Assembly: GCA_024679065.1 (NCBI GenBank)
Contig: JAGIQG010000021.1
Coordinates: 29,078,001 to 29,142,000, forward strand
Source of the DNA: Sphyrna mokarran
Taxonomy: Eukaryota
Length of the DNA stretch: 64,000 nucleotides
Direction of reading: 5' to 3'
The notes under the pieces were generated by a model. It saw only the letters and a program-made list of their open reading frames with translations. It was not told where the DNA came from and made no database searches. Positions 36,042 through 48,884 of this stretch are shown piece after piece; positions within the stretch are counted from its first letter, which is position 1; every line of letters begins with the position of its first letter. The position numbers and the translations under genes were made by a program.

Positions 36042-37780
36042 TAAAAAAAATTAATTTATGGGATGCAGACATCACTATCTGGGCCCTAGTTGCCCTTAAA
36101 AAGGTGATGTTTCACCATCTTGAAACATTGCAGTCTCTAAGGTGTGTAGATGCACCCATGGTGCTGTTAGGATGGGAGTACCAGGTTTTTGACCCCGCTA
36201 CAGTGAAGAAACAATAATGTATTTCCAAGTCAGGATGGTGAGTGACTTGGAGAGGAACCTCCTAGTGATGGTGTATCCAGTTAGCTGCTGCTCTGAGCCT
36301 CCTAGACATTAGTGGTCATGGGTTTGGTAGGTGTGGCCTAAGGAACTCTGAGAGTTTCTACAGTGCATTTTGCAGATGGTACACACTGCTGCCATTGTCC
36401 TTCAGTGGTGGAGGGACTGAATATTTGTGGTACGGGTACCAACCAAAAGGTTGCTTTGTCCTGGATGGTGTGAGTTTATTGAGATGCAGTCATCCAGGCA
36501 AACGGCGAGAATTCCATCGCACTTCTGAGTGGTGTCTTGTGGATGGTGGACAGGCTTTGGAGAGTCAGGAGGTAAGCTACTCACTGAAGGATTCCTAGTC
36601 TTTGAGCTGCATTTGTAGGCACAATGGGCAGAATTTTCCCATCCTGTCTGCTACACAAGTCATGGCAGACGAGACATGGACCATGTAAAGATCTGTTAAC
36701 GTTAGCCAGGATTTTCTGGTCTTAGGGTAAGCATGGCTGGAAAACTTTGCCCGGTGTTTGTAAGATTGTCCAGTTCAGTTTCTGATTAGTGATAACCCCC
36801 AGGATGTGATTATGAGAGATTTTGCAATATTATGTCATTGGCTGAGGGTTAGATCCTTTCTGGTTGGAGATTGTTGCTGCACTTTGGGGCATGAATGTTA
36901 CTTGCCATTTATCAGCTCAGATCTGGATTTTGTCCACGTCTTGCTGCACTTAGACACTGACTGCTTCCTGAGGAGTTATGAATGGTACTAAACATTGTGC
37001 CCATTTCTGACCTTATGATGGAAAGAACTTCATTAATGAAGTAGCTGAGAAAAGATGGTTAGGCCTGGGACACTACCCTGAGAAACTCCTACAGGGATGT
37101 CCTGGAATTGAGATGATTGACCTCCACTATCACATTAAGTATGACACCAACCAAAGGAAAGATTTCTCCCTGATTCCATTATCTGCAGTTTTGTTAGGGC
37201 TCCTTGATGCCATACTTGGTCAACTGCTGCCTTGATACCAAAGATAGTAGTTCTTACCTCTGGAGTACAACGTTTTAGCCCATGTTTGAACCAAGGTTGT
37301 AATGAAGTCAGGAACTGAAAAACCCTGGTGGAATCCAAGCTGAGTGTCAGTGAGAAGATTATTGCTGAGTGGGTGCTACTTGATAGTACACTGATAACCC
37401 CTTTTATCACTTTGCAGATGAATGACTGACAGTAGGTTGATTGGCCAGGTTAGATTTGTCCTGTTTCTTGTCTACAGGACATCCCTAGGTAATGTTGAAC
37501 ATTATCGGTAGATGCCAGCGTTGTAGCTTTACTGGAACAACTTTGCTATGGATGTGGCGAACTCTGACATACAAGATTTAAGTACATTGCCGAAATATTG
37601 TCAGGGCCTATAGCCTTTGCAGTATCCAGTGCATTTCTTAATTCCACATGGAGTGAATCAAATTAACTGAAGACTGGCATGTGTGATACTGGGAATCTCA
37701 GGAGAATCTGAGATAGAGCATCCACTTGCCATTTCCAGCTAAAAATTGTTGAGAATTCATCAACCTTATCCTTTGCCCTG
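36042..37780 (-). mobile_element. LINE family B (CR1/L2 group), degraded RT and 3' end; MITE A inserted at ~36626-36752
   Basis: Minus-strand remnant GIKAAVDQVWHQGALTKL (DIKAAFDRVWH-type RT motif); 3' end matches 19130-19498. Confidence 0.8.
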
Positions 37781-38849
37781 CTCTCAATATCTTAAATAAT
37801 GTTAATCTACCATTAACACATTGAAAGCAAGTACCATCTAACAGACCACAAATAAGCATATAAAGATTCATCTCGGAAGCGGCAGCGTTAACTTTAGGGA
37901 ATTAGCTACATTGTCTCTATCCATGGCCAGCACTAATGTACATTTTGTTTCAACATTCTACATCAGCATTAAAGCGATGTTAAAGGGAATATAGAGCAGT
38001 TAAATCATGGAAATATATTTTATTTGGGGATGCAAATTAGAGCTATATATAAATCAATTTGCACAAAGCTCCAATATATTATCACGATACTGCATTTGGT
38101 TGGGTTAAAGGCAACCATGGTTCCCTTTGATGTCCCTTTGAGCGACACTAATTCACTCTTAAACTGGGCTGACACACCAGTGTTATTCTGCAGGAGAAGC
38201 TTCCCTGAGATCTGCCCTTCAGAACAAGTAGTTCCTACTCCAGAATGAGCAGCTTTGCAGAAATGAGAAATGACAGCTTTTTCCCTCGAACGCTATCACC
38301 TTCAGCCCATCATACGATAAATAATTCAGGGTGACAGTCTGCAGGGTATTGCATATCTGTCAGTCTAATTTGGATTGTTCTACATAGAAACAAGTCTGGA
38401 CTGTCAAGTGATGCAAACTATTCTGACGTTTGTCCTTCATCTGATAGTCGGGAAAGCTCAAAGTGCATCAGAGGCTTTGAAACTTTGGAATCTTTGACCT
38501 GAATGACATTTTTATCTTTGTTTCAGTACTATGAATATTTAACACTGTCTTCATTTGGTCATAGTTAATCTTCTTAGACAACCCCTTGAGAACATCTTGA
38601 AGGCAAATTCTACTTCTACCTCCAAATGAATTTTTAGCCAATGAATATAGTAATGTAATCATCAAATTATTCCAAAATCTAAACTAAGGCTCATAGGTTA
38701 TGTTTCACAATACTTTACAGTTTTTATCCAGTATTATAATTGCTTTTTCCCTGTTGTTATTTTGTCCTGCTATCCCTGCTATTATACTATTCAGATTATG
38801 TTATTACTATCACCCATACCTGTTATTAGCATTGGTGCTTAATGGGATG

Positions 38850-39990
38850 AAAAATAGAACTGTAGAGTCATGGAACAGCTGCAGCAAATACAAAGACTAT
38901 TCTGCCAGCAATGTCCATACTGGCTGTTTGCAAGTCCCACTCAGCACGTTGCTTTATCCTCTAGCACTCATTTTTTTTCTCTTCAGATGCTTAACCAGTT
39001 TACAGCTATCGAAGAATCTGCCTCCAGCACACACTTGTGCAGTGCTTTCAAGATCCTAACACCTCTCTACATAAGAATACTTTTTCCCACATCGCTGTTG
39101 GTTCCTTTGCCGTTCATCATTATAGAATCCATACAGTGCAGAAGGAGGCCATTCAGCCCATCGAGTCTCAACCGACTTCCCAACAGAGTGCCCCGCCTAG
39201 CCCCTATTCCCATAATCCCAAGTACTTACTCCGCTAATCCCACTAACCTATACTTCATGGATAACTGAGAGATCATTTATCATGACTAATCAACCTAACC
39301 TGCACATCTTTGGAGTGTGGGAGGAAACCCATGCAGACACAGGGAGAAGGTGCAGACTCCACACACAGTCACCCAAGGCTGGAATTGAAACTGGGTTCTT
39401 GGCACTGTGAGGCAGCAGTGCTAACCACTATACCGCCATGCTGCTTTGGTGTCGGTGTCAGTCTCTTCTGGTTTTTGATTCTTTTGCCAATGGGGCAATT
39501 TCCCTCTACCTATTCCATCCAGATTCCTCGTGATTTTGTACATTGCGATCAAATCTCTTTTCAACCCTCTCTTCTTTGAGAACAATTTTGTCTTTGCAAA
39601 TCTATCTATAAAACTGAAGACTCCCATACCTGTAACTATTGTCAGAACTTTTCTTTGCAATCCTCGATTGTATTCACATCCTTCCCATATCCAGAATTGG
39701 ACAGAATAATCCAATTGAGAGAAAATCCCCAGTCTTTTCTAAAGGTTCATCATAACTTCCTTGCTTTTGTACTTGATAGTTCAATTTATTACACAAAATT
39801 CCATGTGCTCTTTTAACCATTTTTTTCAGTCTGTCTTGATATAGATCTTGTGCTGTTAAGTATACCCCCATATCTCAATGTTCCTGCACCCTCTCTAAAA
39901 GTGCATCTTTGTTGTTCCATACTGATTAGGAATTCTCCCTCATTACTATTTCTTCTCAAAATCACTGGGTTCTTCTCCTTTTGCTTGCCA
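38850..39990 (-). mobile_element. Old CR1 3' region interrupted by a V-SINE
   Basis: Minus-strand remnant LFSKKRGLKRDLIAMYKITRNLDGIGRGKL corresponds to CR1 LFSLE.RRLRGDLI.VYKI; continues left of the SINE. Confidence 0.7.
39120..39445 (-). mobile_element. HE1-like V-SINE
   Basis: ATAGAATCCATACAGTGCAGAAGGAGGCCATTCAGCCC...CTGTGAGGCAGCAGTGCTAACCACT. Confidence 0.85.
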
Positions 39991-40218
39991 CTCACTAGGA
40001 ATTCTCCAGTGAAGGCTAACTTCTCAGAAGTTTGGGAGAGGCGGTGTGGCTATCTGTGGACCCAGTAGGTTTTATACAAAGATATAACACAAAATGCTGT
40101 TGGTTACACTTTGCCACATTGCAAAATGTTAATAAATGGTTGGTTATATTAATTATTGGTGCCAATTTTGGAGTCTTCACACCGCATTCTCTCCCTTTCC
40201 TTGTCCTAAATTGTTGAT

Positions 40219-40444
40219 ACAGTAAGAAGTCTTTCAACAGCAGGTTTAAGTCCAATCGATTTATTCGATAGTAAACTCTAAATATGTGCTGTCTGAGACC
40301 AGAACACCTCATTCACCTAACGAAGAGGATAACCTCAAAAGCTTGTAAGTTTACTATCAAATCAATCAGTTGGACTTAAACCTGGTGTTGTCAGATTTCT
40401 TACTGTGTTTACCCCAATCCAATGCTGGCATCTCTACATCATGA
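40219..40444 (+). mobile_element. PLE fold-back relic with 13-bp TSD (12/13) and decayed hammerhead-like motif
   Basis: CTAAATTGTTGAT 40206-40218 / CTAAGTTGTTGAT 40445-40457; ~57-bp inverted arms; TCAC-CTAACGA-A-GAGG-ATAA-CCTC-AAAA-GCTT; tail ...GGCATCTCTACATCATG. Confidence 0.8.
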
Positions 40445-42357
40445 CTAAGTTGTTGATCTCGGGTGTAGCATGAGATGGGTGACTTAAAATTTCAGAAACA
40501 TGACAGTAACAGAAAGAGTGGAGCAAGCAATGCAGTTGCAGTGACAAAAAACATGGCATTTTGATAGCTAAGGGGACCATCTTTTGTGATGCCTGGCTGT
40601 TCTGGCCAAGAAGCATTGTGCACATACATAAAGTATTCAGGAAGGAATAACTCGAGGTAAAATGCTTGCAAAATAAATAATAAATTTATTTAGAAATGCA
40701 ACAACATATTCAGGCTTGGATTGATAGGTTCATCATCCATATTTTAGACTGACAATGTCAAACTCGGGCTGTAATCCACAAAGGTTCAGCAATGTAACTG
40801 GAAACTATTGGGACACCTTTGTAACTACGCAAAGAATTGTTCAAAGTAGGGATAATAACATATGATCATTCCACAACCAATGAATATATTGGTAGCATTT
40901 AGTTCTACCAAAGTAGTTATGACATTTGACTTCACCTTTTGAATCTTAATTTGAATCCAGCCACATCAATGCAGTGAAAGCATGACTTCAACTTCATGTA
41001 GAATATGCATAGCTTGAGGAAGTGAAAACAATATGCAAACGTGGGAGGAGATCTAACCCCATCATTAAAAAGCTCTGGTGTCAAAGCAGTTTAGTATTAC
41101 TTATTGCTTCATTTTCCTTTGTTGCTCCAGGAAGAAACTGCAAATCACTTTAAGAAATTTGAGATTAGCTTTACACGGCTGCATGGCTTGGTCTGTTCCT
41201 GAAAGTGCCGAAAGTGTCCAAATAGTCACCGCACCTTTTTAAGGCAGAGCTGGATGGATTCTTGATTACCAAGGGAATGAAAGTTTATTGGGGGTTGGCA
41301 AGAATGTGAAGTTTAATTTACAATCAGAGCAGCTATGATCTTATTGAACGTAGGGGCAGGCTCAAAGGGCTGAGTGGTCTATATCCAATTCATATTTGCA
41401 TTATTTCTCTAAACAAGTGCTATGAATCAACGGGAAGACAGTCTATGTCATCATCAAATTCTTTCAAGCATTATAACCTGAGAGATTTTTACTCCATGAG
41501 ACATGATGAAGGCTAAACAGTTAGTTCTTTTCAATGCTTTAAGACACTTTGATTTTAAGATGACACATTAAAAGCATTTTTTACATCATTTACAAAAATA
41601 CATAATATATGAGAACTTCCACTAACTTAATACCATTCCATCATTAGTTTTACTGGGGGTGAGATGGGACACATTTCTTTTGTATAAATGGGTTTCTGCC
41701 ACTGTTCTAGTGAAGTAACACTAGTGTGGAATAGATACAGCTTTGAGGACTCTTTCCAGTTTATACTCAGCCTATATTGAAGACAAAAACCCAAGGATTG
41801 ATGAAGAAATGGAAAACTTATCCACGAAAATCCAAGAGAATTTGAACAAAATGGAAATTCACTTAAAAAATGCTTTAATATCTATTCTTCATTTTGTTAA
41901 TACAAAGGATGTTACTCCTGGGGAATACAATATTTCAGTATTGAGTGCTCCAACAGAATGAAATTCCCTTCACACCATCTTAGCATTGTACTGAACCCCT
42001 TCTCAAAAGACAACTTCTTCAATCCTTGAGCTACACTTTGATTCACCACACCAGTGATCAAGTTCTGAGTGAAATTATTTCCTCAGTACTCATTAACGTC
42101 AATTAGGGCAGTTTTATGTTCATTTGGAACATAACTGAAACCAGCTGAGTTCCAAACCTTGCAACTGGCAGCAAGAAAAAAATGTTCATACCAGGGCTGG
42201 TTGGGCCCGCAGTTGCAAATGGAGATTTGACTGAGCGTCAAATTCTCCATTCTCACTGGCAGTGAGAGTGGGACATACAACATTGGAGAATTTTGACCAG
42301 AATGTGTGGATTTTGGCCTGGATCTAGTGAGACCAAGACACTCGTTTCTGATCTGGG

Positions 42358-43000
42358 GTGGAGCGGTGGCATAGTGGTTAGTACCATTGCCTCACAGTGC
42401 CAAGGGCTCAGCTTCAATTCCAACCTTGAATAATGATCGGTGTGGTGTTTGCACATTCTACACGCACACCGACACCCCCCACGCACACTGCACCCCTCCT
42501 CCCCACCCCCGGCCCTCCCACTGTGTCTGTATATGTTTCTTTCATGGTGGTTAGCATTGCTGCCGTACAGCGCCGAGTTGGGTCGTTGTCTGTGTGGAGT
42601 TTGCATGTTCTTTCCATGTCTGCATGGATTTCCTCTGGGTGCACTGGTTTCCTCCCACGCTCCAAATGTGCATGGATTGGCTATGTTAAATTGTCCCTTA
42701 GTGTTATGGGACTAACTAGGGTAAATGCATGGGGTTATGGGGGATAGGGTCTGGTTAGGATTATGATCAGTGCAGACTCAATGAGCTGAATGACCACCTC
42801 CTCCTCCCATAGTCCAAAGGTGTGCAGGTTAAGTGGATTGGCCATGTAAATTGCCCCTTAGTATCCAAAGATTTGTAGGTTAGGTGAATTAGTGGGGTAT
42901 AGCTTGGGGTCATAGGGATAGGCTGGGGGGGTAGGCCTGAGTAAGATACTGTGCCAGAGAGTAGACTCAATGGGCCAAATGGCCTCCTTCTGCACTGTAG
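42358..43000 (+). mobile_element. V-SINE nested inside another V-SINE in the same orientation
   Basis: Outer head at 42358, second head at ~42543 with its tail ending ~42800, then the outer copy resumes CTCCCATAGTCCAAAGGTGTGCAGG and ends ~43000. Confidence 0.75.
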
Positions 43001-46000
43001 AGAGATCTCACAATCTCAAAAAAAGCTGATCATAACATCTTGCAATCTCTGGGATGGGACTCCTCTTTTAACCTTGGCAGCTGAATCCGGTGTCAAGTCA
43101 AGAAGATGTCTTGGCATTCAGCTGCATTTGCAGCATTCACACACAGCAGAGCAGGGCATTAAGAGCATTTAAAATGCTTAACTTCTAATTTAATTTTTGA
43201 GCTAGTGAAACAAATGTATGACTGCATTAATTAACCTAAAGTGAAGCTAAACAGACGCTAAAAATACTTTTAAACATTGCTAAAAGTTGCACTAAACTAC
43301 GAACAGTAATGGTGCAGTGTGCTAACCCACTGAGTGAAGACCCTGCAGAGTTGAAAGCGATAACAGATATGAACCCAATGTAGATGGATTTGTGACCTAA
43401 TGAGGAAGTTAATAGAGATTTAAAATAATAATAGATAATGCTGTTTTCAAAATAACACATTTGTGTGGTTGGCCAATAGGAATATATAATGGAGGAAAAA
43501 TGTCCTTTTTATGAATGGATTGATGGTCTAGTCACTATCGAAACACAAAGGAAATTTTGCACATAGTTGCAAAGTGGTTTCTGGTCTTAAGAAATAGTTC
43601 CTGGTCTCAAGAATTCTAATAAGGAGCAGGATATGTTTACTTCTAAAAGGGAACCAAGTGATTGCTTGTAAAAGAGGCACAATAAATTGTATGGAGAGAA
43701 AGCAAGAGAAGGAAATTAGAATTGACAGTCATGGACTATCTTCTTGTGGAAATTCTCCTCTTCTATTCTCTTCCCACTTCTAATGGTGCACTGAGGCAGA
43801 CTTTTCTGTTTCCAAAGTAATTTCTGGAACAGGTCACTAATCTGTCACCAGGGGCTTGCAGCTTGGGGGACAGCTCTACAAATCAAGCATGGCTGATCAG
43901 GCATCTCTCTCTCTCTCTCTCTCTTACTGCCAGCCATTGGTGTGTTTGGAAGGATTCAGGTTGAAGCACTCAATCTGTTTGACCGCATTAAGCCCTGGGT
44001 TGGGACTCGAACACAGACCTTTTGGCTCAGAGATAGGGATGTTCCCACTGAGCCACAAGATCTCCTATCATTGTGGGAATACACCTGTCCAATGCCATCT
44101 AATACAAGTGTGAAGCAGAAGGAAATATGTAGCCATATGGAAAGTTGCTCATCTGAATTCTCGCCAGGTGAGTTGGCAGAGAAGTTGATAGTATGATGGT
44201 GACACTATACTCAACAGCGTTGAGTCATGAATGTTGGGATTATTATTCGTACTCCTTACTGTACATGAAACTGATTTTGTACCTCTACAAAAGAGCATGG
44301 AAATATGCTTTTGAGTTTTGTATTAATTTTTTAAGTGCAAATTCTGGAACATTCTACCCTCTACTTCCTTGCCTGCGAATCTAATGCTGTGTTCTGGTAA
44401 GAATTTTAAGGTGAAGCAGCTTTAGCTTCCAACAATAATATATTTGTCAAATCTATACCAGGTGGCAAAGTCAGTACCAACACTGAAGTGAAGAGAGGAG
44501 TCTCAATCCATTTCATTTTTATGTCAGCAAGAGTCTAGATTTAGAATTCAGTCTACAGTATTATATAGTGTGAGCATACAATGAATTAATCTCAAGAAAA
44601 ATACATTTCAAGTTAGTAACTTCAGATTTCATATGAAATCAACATTTGACCGCATTCCAATCTAAATGCTGAGAGAAATGCCAGCCCAGGATTTGCTGTT
44701 TAAAAAAACAGTTACGTGCTTTAGTTTTGCGTAAATGGTATAGCAGCTTCAGGCTAAAAGCATATGCATGCTTAAAGGCACTTTTTCCAACATCGATTTC
44801 TGAGTTAGGTTCCTCTGCTTTAGTTTCTCAAAAATGGCATTTTGTCACCTGCCTCACTTTTCAGCAGCATTGAATGCTGTGAAGTTTCTGTATTTGCATG
44901 CTATATACAAACTAAATCCACTGGGAATATTTAGGGCTGGTAATTAGTAATACAAGGTACTCTTTTAATAATGTAATGGGTGTTAATTACTGTCATTCAG
45001 TCTCTCCACATTGAAAATGAAATATATACTTTACTTTCTTTAATGTCCTTTTTCTCTCTTTTTCTCAACCCAATATTTTTTCTCTTTATTTCTCTTTTTG
45101 CACCAGAATTGAACAATCATAGACACACAAAGTCATACTTTTTCATCATCATAGATGTGGCTTGTTTCTATCCAAGACTAGACATCAGTCATGATCTGAT
45201 TGAATGGCAGAGCAGGTTTGAAGGGCTAAATTGCCCATCTCTACTCCTATGTCGTATGTTGCTATGCTCCTGATTGATCTTTTCTCACCATCATTGAGTT
45301 CTGCCCCTTTTAATTCGCCCACTTCTTCAATCCCACCTGCATTTATTTTCCAATCCTCAAACCTCAGTGGTTTATCAGATACCTCATTGCCTCCCCTGTT
45401 CATTCAGCTCCCTGATCTTTTACTGAGTTGTAATCAGCTCACACTTTCAGCAATTTGGTGTTTGGTGAGCAAATTTATTTTGAGCTGAAGAGTTCGAGGG
45501 CCAGCCTAATCTATGGCAGATATCATTTGATAATCTGCCATAGGAAAATGTAGCCCATCATTGTGATGTAAGAATAGCATGAAATTCTCCATTATTTCAG
45601 TACAAACTTTACAATGGAATCTTTCTCTGTAATTTTCCAGTCAACCTTCATTTGAATAGTTAGCTGCTTAGTGTCAGTACTGCCTGCAAATCACATCTTT
45701 ATGCATGGATATAGCACAACTACAGTAATCCTTTGGTTTTCTGATTGTTCTACATTGACTACAATAGAAATGGAGCAGATAAGAACTTTTTCTTTGTGGA
45801 AGCTCAGAGTAAACTACTGCAGATGTTACATATAGCAGGACAAATAGGGTACTTACAGTTGTTTGCCTGCAAGATCACCTCAGGTGGCTTATTTGGTTTA
45901 TCAAAGGGCAATTAAATCAAGATAAGATACCATATGGTTGTCTGGTTAACCAGAATAAACAATTATACTGTTGAATAAATGAACAATCATAAACATACAA

Positions 46001-46304
46001 ATTCAGACTTCATCATTATCATCACCATGGGTATGGCTTGTTTCTAGCCAACTGTTTGATCATTTCTCACCATCATTTTCATTGTTTATCAGGTCACCTA
46101 AGTTACAGTCATAATTTTGAATTAACTATTTTTAATATTTGGGTCACAACTAAATTTGATTTCAAATCTATCTGTTTAAAGAAATTAAGTTCTAAATTGC
46201 ATGAAAATTGATTGTCTTTTTGATCTACATCTTTTGTCGCAAACTGGAGAAATGTTCTATTCTGCAGCATGATATTTTCAATTTACTTTGACAGCTCATA
46301 TCCT

Positions 46305-46635
46305 TTATTTTACTCATGAGACATGGCCAGCCAACATTTATTGCCACTTATTATCCTTGGAGGTCAATTAAGAACCAATCACATTGCTGTGGTTCTAGAG
46401 CCACATGTAGCCAGAAAAGGTAAAGACAGCAAATTTCTTTCCCTAAAGAACATTAGTGAACCAGATGGATTTTTCAAAAAAATCACTTCACAGTCATCAA
46501 TAGATTCTTAATTCGAGATTTCTTTCATTGAATTCAAATTCCATCATCTGCATGGTGGGTTTCGAACCCTGGTCCTCAGAACTAGAGTTCCTGGATTAAT
46601 AGTCTAACGATAATAACACTAAGCCATCACCTGCC
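46305..46635 (-). mobile_element. SINE family C
   Basis: CAACATTTATTGCC...CACATTGCTGTGGTTCTAGAGCCACATG...TTCGAACCC...CCTGGATTAATAGTC. Confidence 0.85.
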
Positions 46636-47102
46636 CATATCTCTGCTCAAAAGTGCTCTGCTAAGTTCTCATTCTGAAGCTTGTCAACAGCTACTTTATG
46701 ATGTAATGCTCTAACCTTCAGTGTCCATTGTTGATAGTCACTACAGCAATTAATGAACAATCAAAAACAAAAATGTCAACAGCCGTGATTTTGTTTTTAT
46801 TGTAAATTGCTCTTCGTTGCTAAGGACTTACAATTGCTTCTTGTTTATCTTAAAATTCATTCAGTTGTGGAAACTTCTGGAACCTTTACAGTATTTTGCA
46901 GTTTTAAATGTTTATTTTCTTTTTCTGAATAACATTTATTTAAAAAAGTAAGCGAAGCTTTTTTGAACTAAAATGTTATCGAGCAATGTAATTTTAATCC
47001 TATTTAACACCAGGAGTAATTATCCATTTGGTTTTATTTAGACTCTTTGGGCCATTACAATATTTATAAATCACCATAAAAGAAGTCATGAATCTTTTTG
47101 AT

Positions 47103-47720
47103 TCTTCATCTCTTCTTTCGCAGTTTGTCAGGTTCGAGGATGACTTGTTTCCTTTACAGTGGGATGGGCTGTGTGTTGGCTGAGTAGTCCAGTCTTGGAG
47201 CTTCAGACTCTGTGCCACAGTTTGGCAGATGTTGTTTGATGAGGTGGATGGGACGTTCTGGATTCTGCTGTCTCTTTCTGTTGTTTACGCTTGGTCTCCA
47301 CGTGCTTCATCCAATGACCCTCAGGATGATTGGTGCCTTGGCAAATGCTTCTTCTCCAGTTTGTGGATTCTAAGGCAAGTGATTCCCACTTGTCAATGGA
47401 GATGTTGTATTTATTTAGGGAGATTTTCAGACTGTCCTTGTAGTGTTTCCTCCGTTCTCCTAGTGATCACTTTCCATTGCGGAGCTCAGAGTAGAGTACT
47501 TGTTTCAGGAGTTTTGTTTCAGGCATGTGGATAATGTGGCCCAACAATAGCAGTTGGTCGAGCGTGACATGTGCCTCGATATTGGGAATTTGGCTTAGAA
47601 GAGGGTATTCACATTGACATGTGGATTTGCAGGAATTTGCAGATATGTTTGCAGTGATATCTCTCCAGGGATTTGAGGTGTCTGTTATATGTTGTCCGTG
47701 TTTCTGATCTATGCAGGAGA
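47103..47720 (-). mobile_element. RTE-clade LINE 3' fragment
   Basis: (TTC)-like repeat then TTCGAGGATGACTTG at left; degraded RTE C-terminus on the minus strand (LRWAGH-, LFSEL..GK- and KDSLK-like remnants). Confidence 0.65.
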
Positions 47721-47792
47721 ACCAGGACCCCAGCTGCTCAATACATCATGCGCTGAGTGCTGAACTTGAAATCTTGGGCTTCAAACAGTCTG

Positions 47793-48287
47793 GGGGTGAT
47801 TCGCCCATCCCAAAAGCACCGCCAGTGGTGGTGCCCCCTGGACTTGGACACCCTGGAAGTGCCAGTCTGTGTCCCTGGCACTTCCCATCAGATATGGGAC
47901 AGTGCTGAGGGGGTGATCGGGGTATTAGAAGTTCCCACTGCCACTCTGCATTAGGATCGATTGCGGCTGGAGGGAGGCCAGTGACCTGGGCCAGCTGGGG
48001 GTGGGGGCAGCACTGTGGCGGTCCCAGGTTGGCCATCTATCAAGATGGCCAGCAAACTGTTGACTCATGTTCAGAGCCATTACAGTTCCAAAAGTGAGTG
48101 TCTCGGGTGTGAATAGCACCCCCCCCCCCGCCCCCTGCCCCCTGCCCAACCCTGAGCTTTTAGTGATATTCACAATTGTGACCTATGTATTGTACAGTGT
48201 GAGAGAGATTCTCTGAAAAAACAACCATGAGTGTCGCCAGTTTTCCTACAAATACAGCACTTAGAACTTTTTTCGGAGAATCACCCC
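47793..48287. mobile_element. ~495-bp non-autonomous DNA transposon with 13-bp TIRs
   Basis: GGGGTGATTCGCC at 47793 and GGAGAATCACCCC ending 48287 (12/13 inverted match); GC-rich interior with C/G runs. Confidence 0.7.
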
Positions 48288-48884
48288 TTCTTTTCCTCAA
48301 ATGTTTGAAGACTGCACTGATACATTGCATCTGATGTTGGTTTTCAGTCTCTTCTTTCAGGGATTATGTGTAATTCATTTTATATCAATTCTAATTAGTT
48401 TTTAATCCCCTGAAGGAAGGTATTTTTTTTTCTATTCTACAAACATAATTGATCAAAACTTCTCAGTTATCATTCAACCATACAATATTCTATATCAGTT
48501 CTTGACCGGCTTATTTTCATTGTGTTATTTTTGCAGGCAGAGTGTGCATGGGGATGGGAGGGGAGCCTGAAAACACATCCAAAAGACAGATCTGAAACTC
48601 TTCCAGTTTCAAACCTGCTCAGCACTCAAACAAAAAATGGTAAAATGGCTTCCACTGTATACTTCCTAACTTGTAACTGCACTTATCCTAATAACCTTTT
48701 CCCCCGTCTCTTTCTAACCAAGAACACCGTGGCTCGTTTTGAATGCAGTTAATCAATCAAATGTTAACTGATTTGGGCTATAATTTATGGCCTGCTTTGG
48801 ACAATAAAACCATCAGAATAGTTCACAGCTATGAAAAGAATCCAGAGACATGGAACGTTGTTGCATATAGTTAAATCTCTTGAG

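Noticed and set aside
38410-38500. Minus-strand terminal-exon-like peptide VKDSKVSKPLMHFELSRLSDEGQTSE*
   Set aside because: No polypyrimidine tract before the AG and no upstream partner exons found; cannot support.
40880-41090. Faint LF-SINE-like head (TTCACC...TTTGAATCCAGCC)
   Set aside because: Too short and degenerate to call without an HMM search.
41743-41961. 72-aa ORF with helical-looking composition
   Set aside because: TTG start, A-rich bias, no splice signals or known motif.
44100-44175. Strong plus-strand donor CAG|GTGAGT at ~44168
   Set aside because: No clear acceptor upstream, it follows a SINE remnant, and isolated consensus donors are expected by chance in 64 kb.
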